A DNA stretch of 64,000 nt from Victivallales bacterium (GTDB lineage Bacteria; Verrucomicrobiota; Lentisphaeria; Victivallales; GWF2-38-69), in the NCBI GenBank assembly GCA_963678745.2, contig CAXXMS010000004.1, positions 16,089 to 80,088 of the forward strand, written 5' to 3'. The notes beneath the pieces were generated by a model. That model was not told where the DNA came from. It ran no database searches and was given only the letters and a program-made list of their open reading frames with translations. Position numbers and translations under genes: made by a program. Position 1 is the stretch's first letter, and each line of letters starts with the position of its first letter. Below, in pieces: positions 10,156 through 20,059 of the stretch.

Positions 10156-10677
10156 ATGAAAGATTATCTGGAGTTTAGAAATAATTGTATTCCTGAAAAA
10201 TATCTGCAGTATTTTAAGCTTAACAGAAAAACCGGCTGTATTGAATTAAACCATAGAAATATAAAGAATTACCTGATAAAATCAGGATATTTTGTACTGC
10301 TTTCAAACTCTGAAAAAATAAAAAAAGAATGTTTGCTTGAGCGCTACAGAAACAGAGACACCGTAGAAAAACTTTTTGATGTTGAAAAAAATGAACTGGA
10401 CGGAAACAGGTTAAGAGTTCACAGCCAATATAATGCTGACGGCAGGATTTTTATTAAATTCATAGCGTTAATAATCTATAGCAAAATTTCTTCAATTATG
10501 AAAAAGAAAAAGTTATTTGAAAAGTTTACTCTGAAAGAAATGCTGGCAGAAATGAGTAAAATAAGATGCTCAGATTTTGACGGAAAATCCATTGTAAGCG
10601 AAATATCAAAAACACAAAAAGATATTCTTAGAGCTTTTGATGTTAAACCGGAAGAGCTGGAAAAACCTCGTTATTAA
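10156..10677 (+). pseudogene. IS4/IS1634-like transposase, C-terminal fragment only
   Basis: GYFVLLSNSEKIKKECLLERYRNRDTVEKLFDVEKNELDGNRLRVHSQYNADGRIFIKFIALIIY matches the conserved C-terminal block of IS1634/IS4-type transposases. No N-terminal catalytic part is present. Confidence 0.6.
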
Positions 10678-11628
10678 CTTTTCTCTTCAATTTAGGAATA
10701 TTGGGCTTAATGGGTGTTGCAATAAAAATAATAGGTACATTTTTATCAGATAATCCGGCTTTTTCTTCAAGAATATCATTCATTTTAAAAAGACCGAAAC
10801 AAGGGCCATGTCGGGAGTTTTTCCACCAGTGTGTCCAAGGCTCCAGTGTCCAGATAGGATTCTCATTTATTTTCCATATCATTTGTTTGTTAAAGCCTTT
10901 TTCTTCTCTGAAAATAAGTGAATCAGGATAAAAGTTTTTGGCCAGATTGATATTCCAGAAAGTTTCGATATTGTGCATATCGAAATTTTCGTCTATAAGT
11001 ATTACTTGTTCGTTACGGAGTATTTTGAATTTTATAGTCCAACTGTTCTGTTTACTAAATTTTACAGAATATTCCAATTCTACAAAAACAGGGCCTTTAT
11101 TGGTAATATTTATCTGAATACTTTCCGGATTTATGGGAGGGGGATATTGTGCTGTCAGCTATCCACTTATTCTTATTTATTTTTATACCTGCAATAGGAC
11201 CTTCTTCTCCTGTTATTTTTTTTTCGAAGTTTAAGCGCAATTTTAGAGTTTTTTAGAATAAAATATTTCCTGTCAGTTTCAATAATAGGGGCATTAGTAT
11301 CTTTTTTATTTTATTGCTGAACCTGATTGCAAAATTTAAAATATTTAGTTTCAAAAGGATTTAAATTTACCATGAACCCTAATTGTGGTTGTTCATTCTG
11401 TACAAAAAGTTGATATGGTTTTTCAATATTACTTTCTTCCAGTAGTAAGTAGCCTTTTTTTGCGTTTTCAAGTTGTTTAGGAGTTAGTGGAAAAGAGACA
11501 AATTCATTAGTCCATTTTTTGCTAATATAATCTTTTATTTTGAAGTCAAAATCTTGTGAATATGAAGGGAAGTAAATTAAAAAAAGAATAATGTTTATAA
11601 GAAAAAATTTTGAGGCTTTTAAAAACAT
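10643..11628 (-). pseudogene. secreted protein of unknown function, apparently broken into three frames and 3'-truncated
   Basis: ORF 11311..11628 starts with a signal peptide (MFLKASKFFLINIILFLIYFPSYSQ). Coding-like frames continue through 11078-11310 with frame changes into ORF 10643..11077. The 3' end abuts or overlaps the IS fragment at 10156..10677. Confidence 0.4.
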
Positions 11629-11676
11629 ATATGTCTTTATAATATTAATTAATAGCTCTTCTTTTAAAAAGAAATA

Positions 11677-12189
11677 CTATTTAATTTTACCCTGAAGATG
11701 TTTAAGGCTGTTTTTTGTTGTTGGCAAAGCTTTTTCATTTGGATATCCTATAGCAATAATTGACTCAATGCGTATCTTTTTATTCAGTTTTAGTAAAGAG
11801 CGAATATAGTTCTCAGATGAATCCCCTGATTGTGTTTTTCTGTTTCTTATTTGAACCCAGCAACTTCCTAAACCTAAAGCTTCTGCTTCTAACTGCAGGA
11901 TAATTGAAGCAATGGAGCAGTCTTCTATCCAAACATCAGATTTCGTTTCGTCTCCAGTTACAACAACCGCTAATGCTGCATTTTTCATAAAAGCAGAACC
12001 GTGAGCTTTGGAATTAGCAAGAGAGTTGATCATTTCTTTATCTTCAATAAAGTAAAACTCCCAGGGGCGAACATTTCTTGAGCTTGGAGAGAGAAGCAGT
12101 GCTTCTTTAAGGTGTTCTTTTTTTGATTTTTCTATTGCTTTATCAAGAAAAGAACGAACACTGCGTCGATTGTATAGAATATTAAGCAT
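11677..12189 (-). CDS. nitroreductase family protein
   Basis: 170 aa with RRSVRSF near the N-terminus, SPSSRNVRPWEF, and IASIILQLEAEALGLGSCWV. This is the classic small FMN nitroreductase layout. Confidence 0.8.
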   Translation of the reverse strand: MLNILYNRRSVRSFLDKAIEKSKKEHLKEALLLSPSSRNVRPWEFYFIEDKEMINSLANSKAHGSAFMKNAALAVVVTGDETKSDVWIEDCSIASIILQLEAEALGLGSCWVQIRNRKTQSGDSSENYIRSLLKLNKKIRIESIIAIGYPNEKALPTTKNSLKHLQGKIK

Positions 12190-12214
12190 TGTTTATGTAA
12201 TTTGTATTCAGTTA

Positions 12215-13741
12215 TTATGCTGTTTCGTTATTAACGGCATTATAAGATTTTTCAATAAAATTATTAGTTACAATGTGCCCCAAGCCGAAAACAATACATG
12301 CTGCTATCATAGCTATAAAAATATATGTTGGGTTATATGTTTCTGTCCATGCACTGACTTCACCCCCAAGCAGTCCTCCGATAGACCATGAAATAAGCAT
12401 GTTCAGTGATACTAAAGTTGCAGAAAAATTTAGTGGAGCAAACTTTGTAGCTGCGGATAATAGTACTGGTATTGTTAGTAATTCACTAAAGGCAAAGAAA
12501 GCATAAAAGGCAATTATATAAAACATACTGCCGATATATGCTCTGTTTTGTGTAATTTGTAGAACATAAGGCATCATTACAAGACAACCCAATGCCAGTA
12601 GAAAGTATGCCGAAGATAGCTTATAACTTAATGTAAAATCTTTGTTTTTTTTATCAAACCATTTATATACACTGGCAATTACCGGAGAAAAAATAACGAT
12701 TAAGACACTGTATCCACCATAAAACCAGGCAGCTGGAATATCCCATCCAAGTACGGAACGATTAATATTTGTTTCAGCCCAAAGAGTAAGCAATCCATAA
12801 GGAAGAGCATAGAAAATATTCCATAAGATATTTGAAACACAGAGACCTATGTAGACCCAGACCCGTTTTTTCTCTTCTGGAGTCCATTTAGTTTTTCCTG
12901 AAACTTGTTCTTTTGCTTTTTTCTTTAAATTGTTGGCACTTTCAACAATTGTGTTAAATGGAACAGCACCTTCCTGTGCAAGCAGTTCTGGTACGTATGA
13001 ATCTGAGCCTTTTTCTATATTACCAACATCTTTAAGAGTAGTTTTAAGTGATACAAAAGTATTAATAAGTGCAATTCCCATTCCAACTGCAGAAGAACCG
13101 AATGCGAATGAATATCCGGCTGTTTGAGCTAAAAAACCTGAGACAAACGGTCCGAAAAAACCACCAATATTAATTGACATGTAAAAAATAGCAAATCCTG
13201 AATCTCTGTTTGCATCTGCTTTAGCATCGTAAAATTCTCCAACCATTGCCGAAATTGTTGGTTTTAGAAACCCTGTACCTATTGCTATTAATGTTAATGC
13301 AGAGAATAACCATAAGTTACCATGTTGGGTCATTGCCAAATATCCAAAAAACATAAGGATATTTCCAAGGGTCATTGATCTTTTTCGTCCAATATATTTA
13401 TCAGCCAGCCAACCTCCTACTACCGGGGTTGCATAAACTAAAGCGCTGAAGATACCTGTTAATCGGAGAGCATTTGCATTTGTCCAGCCTAGTCCTCCAT
13501 TTGCAAAACTTGCTGCAGCATATAAAACCAGTATTCCCTGAGTAGCATAAAAGCCAAACCTTTCAAAACATTCTATTGATGATAGTGAAATAACTCCTCT
13601 TGGATATCCTTTTAGCATATGTGCTGCTTTAAGCATATAAGAATTTCTTCGTTTATAGAATCGCATAATTATTTTTCTTCCCAAAGATGTTAATAAAAAA
13701 TTTACTAAATTAATTATAGCCAAATTGATTTTGATTTGCAA
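12215..13741 (-). CDS. POT/PTR2-family proton-dependent di/tripeptide transporter
   Basis: ECFERFGFYATQGILVLY and GGWLADKYIGRKRSMTLG (PTR2 signatures), with about 14 hydrophobic segments. The true start is probably an internal Met (MLKAAHMLKGYPRG, ~13630) rather than 13741. Confidence 0.85.
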   Translation of the reverse strand: MQIKINLAIINLVNFLLTSLGRKIIMRFYKRRNSYMLKAAHMLKGYPRGVISLSSIECFERFGFYATQGILVLYAAASFANGGLGWTNANALRLTGIFSALVYATPVVGGWLADKYIGRKRSMTLGNILMFFGYLAMTQHGNLWLFSALTLIAIGTGFLKPTISAMVGEFYDAKADANRDSGFAIFYMSINIGGFFGPFVSGFLAQTAGYSFAFGSSAVGMGIALINTFVSLKTTLKDVGNIEKGSDSYVPELLAQEGAVPFNTIVESANNLKKKAKEQVSGKTKWTPEEKKRVWVYIGLCVSNILWNIFYALPYGLLTLWAETNINRSVLGWDIPAAWFYGGYSVLIVIFSPVIASVYKWFDKKNKDFTLSYKLSSAYFLLALGCLVMMPYVLQITQNRAYIGSMFYIIAFYAFFAFSELLTIPVLLSAATKFAPLNFSATLVSLNMLISWSIGGLLGGEVSAWTETYNPTYIFIAMIAACIVFGLGHIVTNNFIEKSYNAVNNETA

Positions 13742-14315
13742 TCGAATATTTGATAAGAAGTGACCTAAAAAATAATAAATGAAGTAGAGAATAGATTGTA
13801 AAGATTAAAAATAAATATAAAATTTCTCTATGAAGGAATCTACTAAATCTACTATATACTGGAGATATTAGATATAGAAAACAGAATAGAAGACCATTTG
13901 TTTGCTAATAGGATAAATAGTTACAATGAGTAGAGAATTCGTTTATACTTCTATTGCTACCTACTGCATATTTCATTATAGAGAGATTTTGCTTACTTAC
14001 ACTAAAAGGAATAGTTCTGGAGAAATTCAATCTGAGATTATTAGAAATAAGCTTATTAAAACGGAACTCATATAAGCTCAAATATCAAAACTATATTGCT
14101 TAGACAGTATTCTTTTTTTGCTTCTAAAGATAGTTTTTGCAATGCTTTCAAATTCTAAAACAAAGCTGTTCACGGCTGTATAAGCAAAGAAGGAATTATA
14201 CCTAACCTGAATAATGGATAAGAAATATTAAAGTTGGTTAGATTCCGCAGATATGTAGATTAGTTTAAATTGTCACAACAAAAATAAACCTACAAACTAC
14301 GGAGTTGTTAATAAT

Positions 14316-15011
14316 ATGTGCCTCACTAAGATGTTTTTCAAGTATGATGATTTCTGTAAAGATTTTGAGTTTCAGTGGAATAAATTTCTTCTTCAATCAG
14401 GAGCTAATTCAGGAAATAGATCAGGTAAACTTACTCTCAGCGAACGTATGACAATATTCACCTTGTTTCATCAGTCAAATTACAGGACATTTAAACACTT
14501 CTATAAGAATTATGTAGAGAGAAATTTAAAACAGTATTTTCCAAATCTAATCAGTTATGAACGTTTTGTTGCACTGATGCCATCAATGCTGATTCCCCTT
14601 ACAGTATTTGTATACTCTCAAAGAGGCAAATGTACAGGTATTTCATATGTTGATTCAACAAAACTTTCAGTTTGTGCTAATATAAGAATACCAAGAAACA
14701 AGGTATTCAAAGACACAGCAAAAAGAGGGAAATCCTCTATTGGCTGGTTTTATGGCTTTAAACTTCACCTTGTCGTAAACGATAAAGGTGAAATACTTGC
14801 CTTTTATATTTCTGCAGGAAATATGGATGATAGAACACCTGTACCCCAAATGGTTAGTAGTTTATTTGGTAAACTGTTCGGAGATAAAGGATATATCTCC
14901 AAAAAACTTTTTGATTCGCTTATGAAAAAAGATCTTCAGCTCATAAATACAATTAAAGGTAAAATGAAAAATAAGCTTATACCTTTGATAGATATACAAA
15001 AGCCGATTTAA
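14316..15011 (+). pseudogene. IS982-family transposase, C-terminally truncated
   Basis: LTLSERMTIFTLFHQSNYRTFKHFY, VDSTKLSVC, GFKLHLVVNDKGEILAF and GDKGYISKKL give the IS982 DDE layout. The last ~60 residues, including the region with the catalytic E, are missing. Confidence 0.7.
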
Positions 15012-15131
15012 AATTCGAAATTAAAAAAGAGTCTACATTGAATCCTAGTTCAATACAAGTAGAGTTTATTATAGTTTGTCTTTTGTATATAAATATCTCC
15101 AAAATTAGAATTTTTCCGAAATGAAAATCGA

Positions 15132-17031
15132 GTAGGAGATAGCTGATTAATTCAGCTATCGTCCTCTCACACCACCATACGTACCGTTCGGTATACGGCG
15201 GTTCGATAAATATTAATGTAGATTAGCATAAGCTTCCGTTAAACTCAAAAGCCCTAAATTATCAAAGTATTGATTATTTAACGATTTAGTCAATATCCAG
15301 CTAAGAGCAACTCTCCAGTATCCTTTTCTTGAATTTGCCTATTCCCAGGCTTTGTAATTGTTCACTCCAAGTCTAACAAGATTATCATGTTTTGTTTTGA
15401 TTTTCTTCCACTGTTTCCAGTAGCACATCCTAAGCCTTCGCCTAGTCCACTGGTCAAGTTTCTCTACCAGCGATTTCATACTGGCAATACCAAAGTAATT
15501 ACACCATCCTCTTGCTAGAGAATTCAGTTTTCTAACTTTGTTATCCATAGAAATGGAATAACTTCTGGAGGTTATCTTACGAACCTTGTCTTTGTATCGC
15601 ATAACAGATTTAGAGTGAACTCTAATTCCTGCACCATTGCTGGAAAAGTAAAATGAAAAACCGAGGAACTTACGTTTCCAAGGTCTATCAACTGCACTTT
15701 TCTGTTGATTAACTTTAAGTTTGAGCCTGTTCTCAAGAAAGTTTGTAATGTTTCTCATCACTCTTTCTCCAGCCCTTTGGCTTTTTACATAAATGTTGCA
15801 GTCATCCGCATAACGGCTAAATTTATGTCCTCGCCTTTCAAGCTCCCCATCTAGTTCATTAAGCATAATATTGCTTAATAAAGGTGAAAGAGGACCTCCC
15901 TGAGGGCAGCCTTTATGCGTGTCGACTATAACTCCGTTAAGCATTACGCCTGATTTTAGAAAAGAACGTATCAACCGAAGTACTCTTTTATCAGCAATTC
16001 GTTTTGATATTATAGACATCAGTATATCATGATTGACTGTATCAAAATACTTTTCAAGGTCAATATCAACTGTCCACCTATATCCTGATTCTATAAGGTC
16101 TCTGGAATATTCAACTGCATTTTTAGTACTTCTATTAGGTCTAAAACCAAAACTGCTATTTGAAAAACCACTTTCAAATATCGGTGTCAAGACCTGTGAG
16201 ACTGCCTGTTGAAGCATGCGGTCTATTACCGTAGGTATTCCAAGAAGTCTGACTCCTCCGTCAGGTTTGGGAATCTCAATCCTTCTAACCGGATTAACTT
16301 TATATTTACCCGATAGTACAGACTCAATAAAATCATACCCTTTATATTTTAGAAACCCTGAAAGCTCATTTACTTTCATGTTATCAATTCCGCTACTGCC
16401 TTTATTCTTACAGACACGTTTTGCGGCTAATCTTAGGTTTCTTATATCGAGAATAGATTCAAGAAGCCTATTATGTTCTTCTACATCGTCATCTTTGCTA
16501 TCGGAAGCCGAAAAAATACTATACACTTCTGCTATATCTTGAGCTTCCAGCTCTACATCAAACAGATAGCCCTGTACTAAGGTTTTCTGTAATCTGTGCA
16601 TCTTTTACGATTCCCTTAATAGTTAAGTTGACTATTTACCGTTCAGTCCTTCCTCTGAATAATCAGAGTACTATGACTTCTGCTGACTTCTCACAGTTCA
16701 GTCTGCTGTCACCAGCAGGGTTAAAGTTCTGATTTTTTTTCAAACTTTGTATCTGTGAGACCTCCCCAGGTAAGCACATATACCTCCACTCCATATATCT
16801 GCTGTATTTACTCCATAGGTCTCGGACAGTTTTGGGCTTCGTTTTGTTTTGCAAACTTACCCGACCTATAAAAGCCTTATATACAGTTCGTATTCCTCAA
16901 ACCAGAGTTTTGCCGCCGACTTCCTTCAGATTCCACCTCACGATGGACACCCTTGTCTTAAGCTGGCACTTGGCACTGTCAACCCGTGCAATGGACTTTA
17001 ACCATCAAGTATACATGCATGCTGGGCACAC
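15132..17031 (-). mobile_element. group II intron 2 (full length, En-less RT/maturase), antisense inside IS630 type 2
   Basis: On the minus strand the 5' end is GTGTGCCCAGCATGC (from 17031), matching the GTGYG consensus. The RT ORF sits in the domain IV position. Domain V is GAACCGCCGTATACCGAACGGTACGTATGGTGGT (15204-15171), with a 10-bp lower helix and an AC bulge. The 3' end is ...ATCTCCTAC at 15132. Confidence 0.85.
15339..16601 (-). CDS. group II intron reverse transcriptase/maturase (no HNH endonuclease module)
   Basis: 420 aa with SSGIDN, FGFRPNRSTKNAV, DLEKYFDTVNHD, CPQGGPLSPLLSNIML and RYADDCNIY, then the X domain (LARGWCNYFGIAS). Clearly a different protein from the intron 1 RT. Confidence 0.9.
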   Translation of the reverse strand: MHRLQKTLVQGYLFDVELEAQDIAEVYSIFSASDSKDDDVEEHNRLLESILDIRNLRLAAKRVCKNKGSSGIDNMKVNELSGFLKYKGYDFIESVLSGKYKVNPVRRIEIPKPDGGVRLLGIPTVIDRMLQQAVSQVLTPIFESGFSNSSFGFRPNRSTKNAVEYSRDLIESGYRWTVDIDLEKYFDTVNHDILMSIISKRIADKRVLRLIRSFLKSGVMLNGVIVDTHKGCPQGGPLSPLLSNIMLNELDGELERRGHKFSRYADDCNIYVKSQRAGERVMRNITNFLENRLKLKVNQQKSAVDRPWKRKFLGFSFYFSSNGAGIRVHSKSVMRYKDKVRKITSRSYSISMDNKVRKLNSLARGWCNYFGIASMKSLVEKLDQWTRRRLRMCYWKQWKKIKTKHDNLVRLGVNNYKAWE

Positions 17032-17084
17032 AAAAGAATACAGGACTATTCGCCCCACTAAAGAATTAGTCCAATTCCAGGATT

Positions 17085-18086
17085 AAAAAGCTTAAAGAAC
17101 TTCACAGAAGAGAAAGCAACCGTAAGTTTGCTGACCGTATCAAAACTATTCTTCTACTTGATAAAGGCTGGAACTATACTAGAATTTCTGAAATTCTTTT
17201 ACTTGATGATCAAACCATAAAAAATTATGAAAACAAATACCTTGAAGGTGGCCTTGACCGGCTGTTAACATTTGATTACAAAGGTGGAAGTACAAAACTG
17301 ACAGGGGAACAGGAAAAGGAATTAAAAGATCATATAAAGAAGTCATATTACAATGATTCCAAACGATTAATAGATTATGTAAAAGAGAAATACGGAGTTG
17401 TTTTTTCTGAAAGTGGAATCGTAGATTTACTCCATCGATTAAATTTTGTATATAAACTTACCAAAGTAATACCTTCAAATCCAGATCCGAATGAACAACT
17501 GAAACACTTAAAGAAATATGAAAGACTGAAGAATTTCAAACACGAAGACAGTGCGATAATGTTTATGGACGGCGCTCATCCCGAGTTCAATTCAAAACCT
17601 ACTTACTGCCGGATAGAAAAAGGTAAAGACAAAGAAGTAAAAGCCAATACAGGACGTAAAAGGATTAATCTAAACGGAGCAGTTAATATTGAAAGTCTTG
17701 ATCTTGTTATACATGAAGACAGTTGTGTTAACGCGGATTCCACAATTGAACTGCTTAAGAAAATTGAAGTTTTATACTTATTGGCACCGGCCATTTATAT
17801 AATTGCCGACAATGCAGGATACTATAGATCAAAAAAAGTTCAGGAATACTTGAAAAATTCCAGAGTAAAAATTGTTTTTCTTCCTTCATATTGTCCAAAT
17901 TTGAATCTAATAGAAAGGTTATGGAAGTTTTTTAGAAAAAAGATTCTTTATGACTGTTGCTGTAGAACATTTGATGAATTCAGAAAAACAACTATGGATT
18001 TTTTCAGAGATATTAAAAATCATACAGCTGAATTAAAAACATTATTAAATGAAAAATTCCAAATTATTGGCAAATCATGTACATGA
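17085..18086 (+). pseudogene. IS630-family transposase (type 2), 5' end separated by intron 2 and out of frame with the putative start
   Basis: The frame of ORF 17559..18086 is open back to 17070 and encodes the HTH part (KKLKELHRRESNRKFADRIKTILLLDKGWNYTRISEILLLDDQTIKNYENKY...). The catalytic part has MFMDGAHPEF, IIADNAGYY and, 35 residues later, NLIERLW (DD35E). Confidence 0.75.
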
Positions 18087-19165
18087 TTGGGCGGCAAGAA
18101 TGCGAGTATGGAAAATGAAAACCAAATCCGCCATGTTTATGTTTAATGGGCATAGCCTAAATGCTTAATGGACTTTAGGAGGTTGAAACAATGATTTGTA
18201 ATGCTTTATAAAGGATGGTGGTAGGCCCACCGATGCCTGTTTACAGGAATAGGTATCAAACTACTTTAAAGTCATATCAGTCCAACGATTGGTATGGGGA
18301 GCATTTAAAGAAAAGGCAACTTATAAAAGTTGTCAGGTAAGTATGAAAGAGATGAACGTAAGTGAACCACTGATGAAATGTCGAAAACATAGGAATGGAT
18401 GTCAAAAATGGGAAAAGTCGTGGCCCATGATAAGTTTGGAAGAAACCTGTTTACCGACCAGGCGGCACCCGGCACTAAGGTGGCATGACTTTTATACAGG
18501 CCTTTATAAGGAACTTGGGAACCTGTTTATAGATGTAAAGGGAAAAATTCAAGCAGGAAACACCTGCAAGAATCACATTACCGATGATATAAGCAGGGGC
18601 GGAGCAACCCGTAGTAGTGCTGAAACTTCTGTAATGAAAGTGGAGCGAAGGAGTTGCATCTGCGAGGATTCAGAATTAAACAACAGCTACTACAGCAGGA
18701 GGATTTAATTTATGAATCCAAAACCGTTTAAAATTTCCAAATGGATGGTATTTGATGCTTTTAAAAAGGTCAAATCAAACAAAGGCTCGGCAGGTATAGA
18801 TGAAGAATCGTTGATGGATTTTGAAGAGGATTTGAAGAATAACCTTTACAAAATCTGGAACAGGATGTCTTCTGGAACATACTTTCCCCCTCCAGTGAAA
18901 TGTGTTACTATTCCGAAAAAGAATGGTGGCGAACGTATGTTAGGAATACCTACAGTTGCAGACAGAATTGCACAAATGGTAGTAAAAATGCATATAGAAC
19001 CAATAATTGACTCTATTTTTCATGAAGATTCCTTTGGGTATCGACCAAACAAATCAGCGATACAGGCAATAGGTAAAGTGAGAGAGAGGTGTTGGAGGTT
19101 TAACTGGGTTCTGGAGTTTGATATAAAAGGTCTTTTTGACAACATAGATCATGAACTCATGATGA
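18087..19165 (+). mobile_element. group II intron 3, truncated (5' RNA domains plus first ~150 codons of the RT); cut by an IS21 end
   Basis: About 620 nt of non-coding sequence precede an RT ORF, with a GCAACCCGTAGTAGTGCTGAAA block resembling GAACCCGTAGTAGTGATGAAA in intron 1. The RT has GSAGIDE, FPPPVKCVTIPKKNGGERMLGIPTVADRIAQ, FGYRPNKSAIQAI and FDIKGLFDNIDHE, then stops. There is no YADD block, X domain or domain V. The exact 5' border is not resolved. Confidence 0.7.
18712..19165 (+). pseudogene. group II intron RT, N-terminal fragment (RT blocks 0-3 only)
   Basis: See intron 3. ORF-track entry 18712..19191 ends with a few codons read from the IS21 terminus. Confidence 0.75.
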
Positions 19166-19294
19166 TGTTAGCAGCAATTGAAAAATCCTAAAATTTTGCA
19201 AATAAGAATTCCTGCCTTTTAGTTTTAGTACATAAAACTCCTATCCGTAGACATAATTGAAAACGGCAGGAGTTTGAGTTGAAATTTTTACTTT

Positions 19295-20059
19295 TTACTT
19301 TTCTATTCTGTCTTTCATTCTATAGCTGTCACCCTCAATAACGATAACTTCACTATGATGCAGCAGTCTGTCCAAAACAGCACTTGTAACAGTGTTATCA
19401 TTGTTAAAAACCTTGGGCCAGTCTTTAAACGCCCTGTTTCCTGTAAGAATAATTGGACCTGTTTCATACCTTTTTGAGATAACCTGGAACAGCAGATTAG
19501 CCCCAAGTTTATCAATTGGCAGATATCCTAATTCATCTATAACCAACACTTTTGGCAGAACATACTTTTTAATAGCTTTTTCGAGTGAATTTATAGCATT
19601 TGCAGCAGCAAGATTGTTTATAATATCCACAGCTGGAGTAAAGAGAGTAGAATATCCCTTATTGCATGATTTCAGAGCCAGAGCTATGGCTATGTGTGAT
19701 TTGCCAAGCCCGCAGTTACCAATAAGGATGATATTCTTATTTTCATTTATAAAATCAAGCCTGAAGAGATTTTCTATCTGCATACGGTTGATTTTATCAG
19801 GATGGTTCCAATCAAAATGGTCCATAGTTTTGCGATACGGGAATCTGGCTTTTTTTATCCTGTTTGCTATAGCTTTCTCCTGTTTTACAGCTGTTTCACC
19901 AGAAATAAGATTTTCAAGATAGGCAATATAATCGAGTTTGTTTTTTCCTGCATGTGAAGCTGCTTTTATGAAGTTTTCAGCAGTATAACCTAGTTTCAAA
20001 AGGTTAAGGTTATCAATAAGAGAGTTATAGTTTTTTTGCATTTTTATTATCTTTCTCAA
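19295..20059 (-). CDS. istB: IS21-family helper ATPase IstB
   Basis: 254 aa with Walker A GNCGLGKSHIA and Walker B LVIDELGYLP, plus the IstB N-terminal LKLGYTAENF-type segment. Confidence 0.85.
   Translation of the reverse strand: MRKIIKMQKNYNSLIDNLNLLKLGYTAENFIKAASHAGKNKLDYIAYLENLISGETAVKQEKAIANRIKKARFPYRKTMDHFDWNHPDKINRMQIENLFRLDFINENKNIILIGNCGLGKSHIAIALALKSCNKGYSTLFTPAVDIINNLAAANAINSLEKAIKKYVLPKVLVIDELGYLPIDKLGANLLFQVISKRYETGPIILTGNRAFKDWPKVFNNDNTVTSAVLDRLLHHSEVIVIEGDSYRMKDRIEK

Larger units (their letters stand above)
15084..18086 (+). mobile_element. IS630-family element (type 2), disrupted near its start codon by group II intron 2
   Basis: Subterminal inverted similarity: TCCAAAATTAGAATTTTTC (15098) versus the reverse complement of GAAAAATTCCAAATTATTGGC (18051). 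Putative start ATGAAAATCGA lies at 15121, then the intron, then the transposase body. The outer ends are approximate. Confidence 0.55.

Noticed and set aside
8607-18106. The shared 10-mer TGGGCGGCAA at 8612 (start of the IS3 remnant) and 18088 (start of intron 3), each directly after the end of another IS
   Set aside because: It is only 10 nt, the surrounding sequence does not align, and I could not connect it to a known terminal repeat. I treat it as coincidence.
6251-19191. The possibility that the three reverse transcriptases belong to retrons, DGRs or an RT-based defence system
   Set aside because: Two of them are followed by an unmistakable domain V and preceded by GTGYG-type 5' ends, and they have maturase X domains. 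The third has the same N-terminal RT blocks and upstream RNA similarity. There are no template/variable repeat pairs, no msr/msd-like inverted repeats and no associated effector genes.
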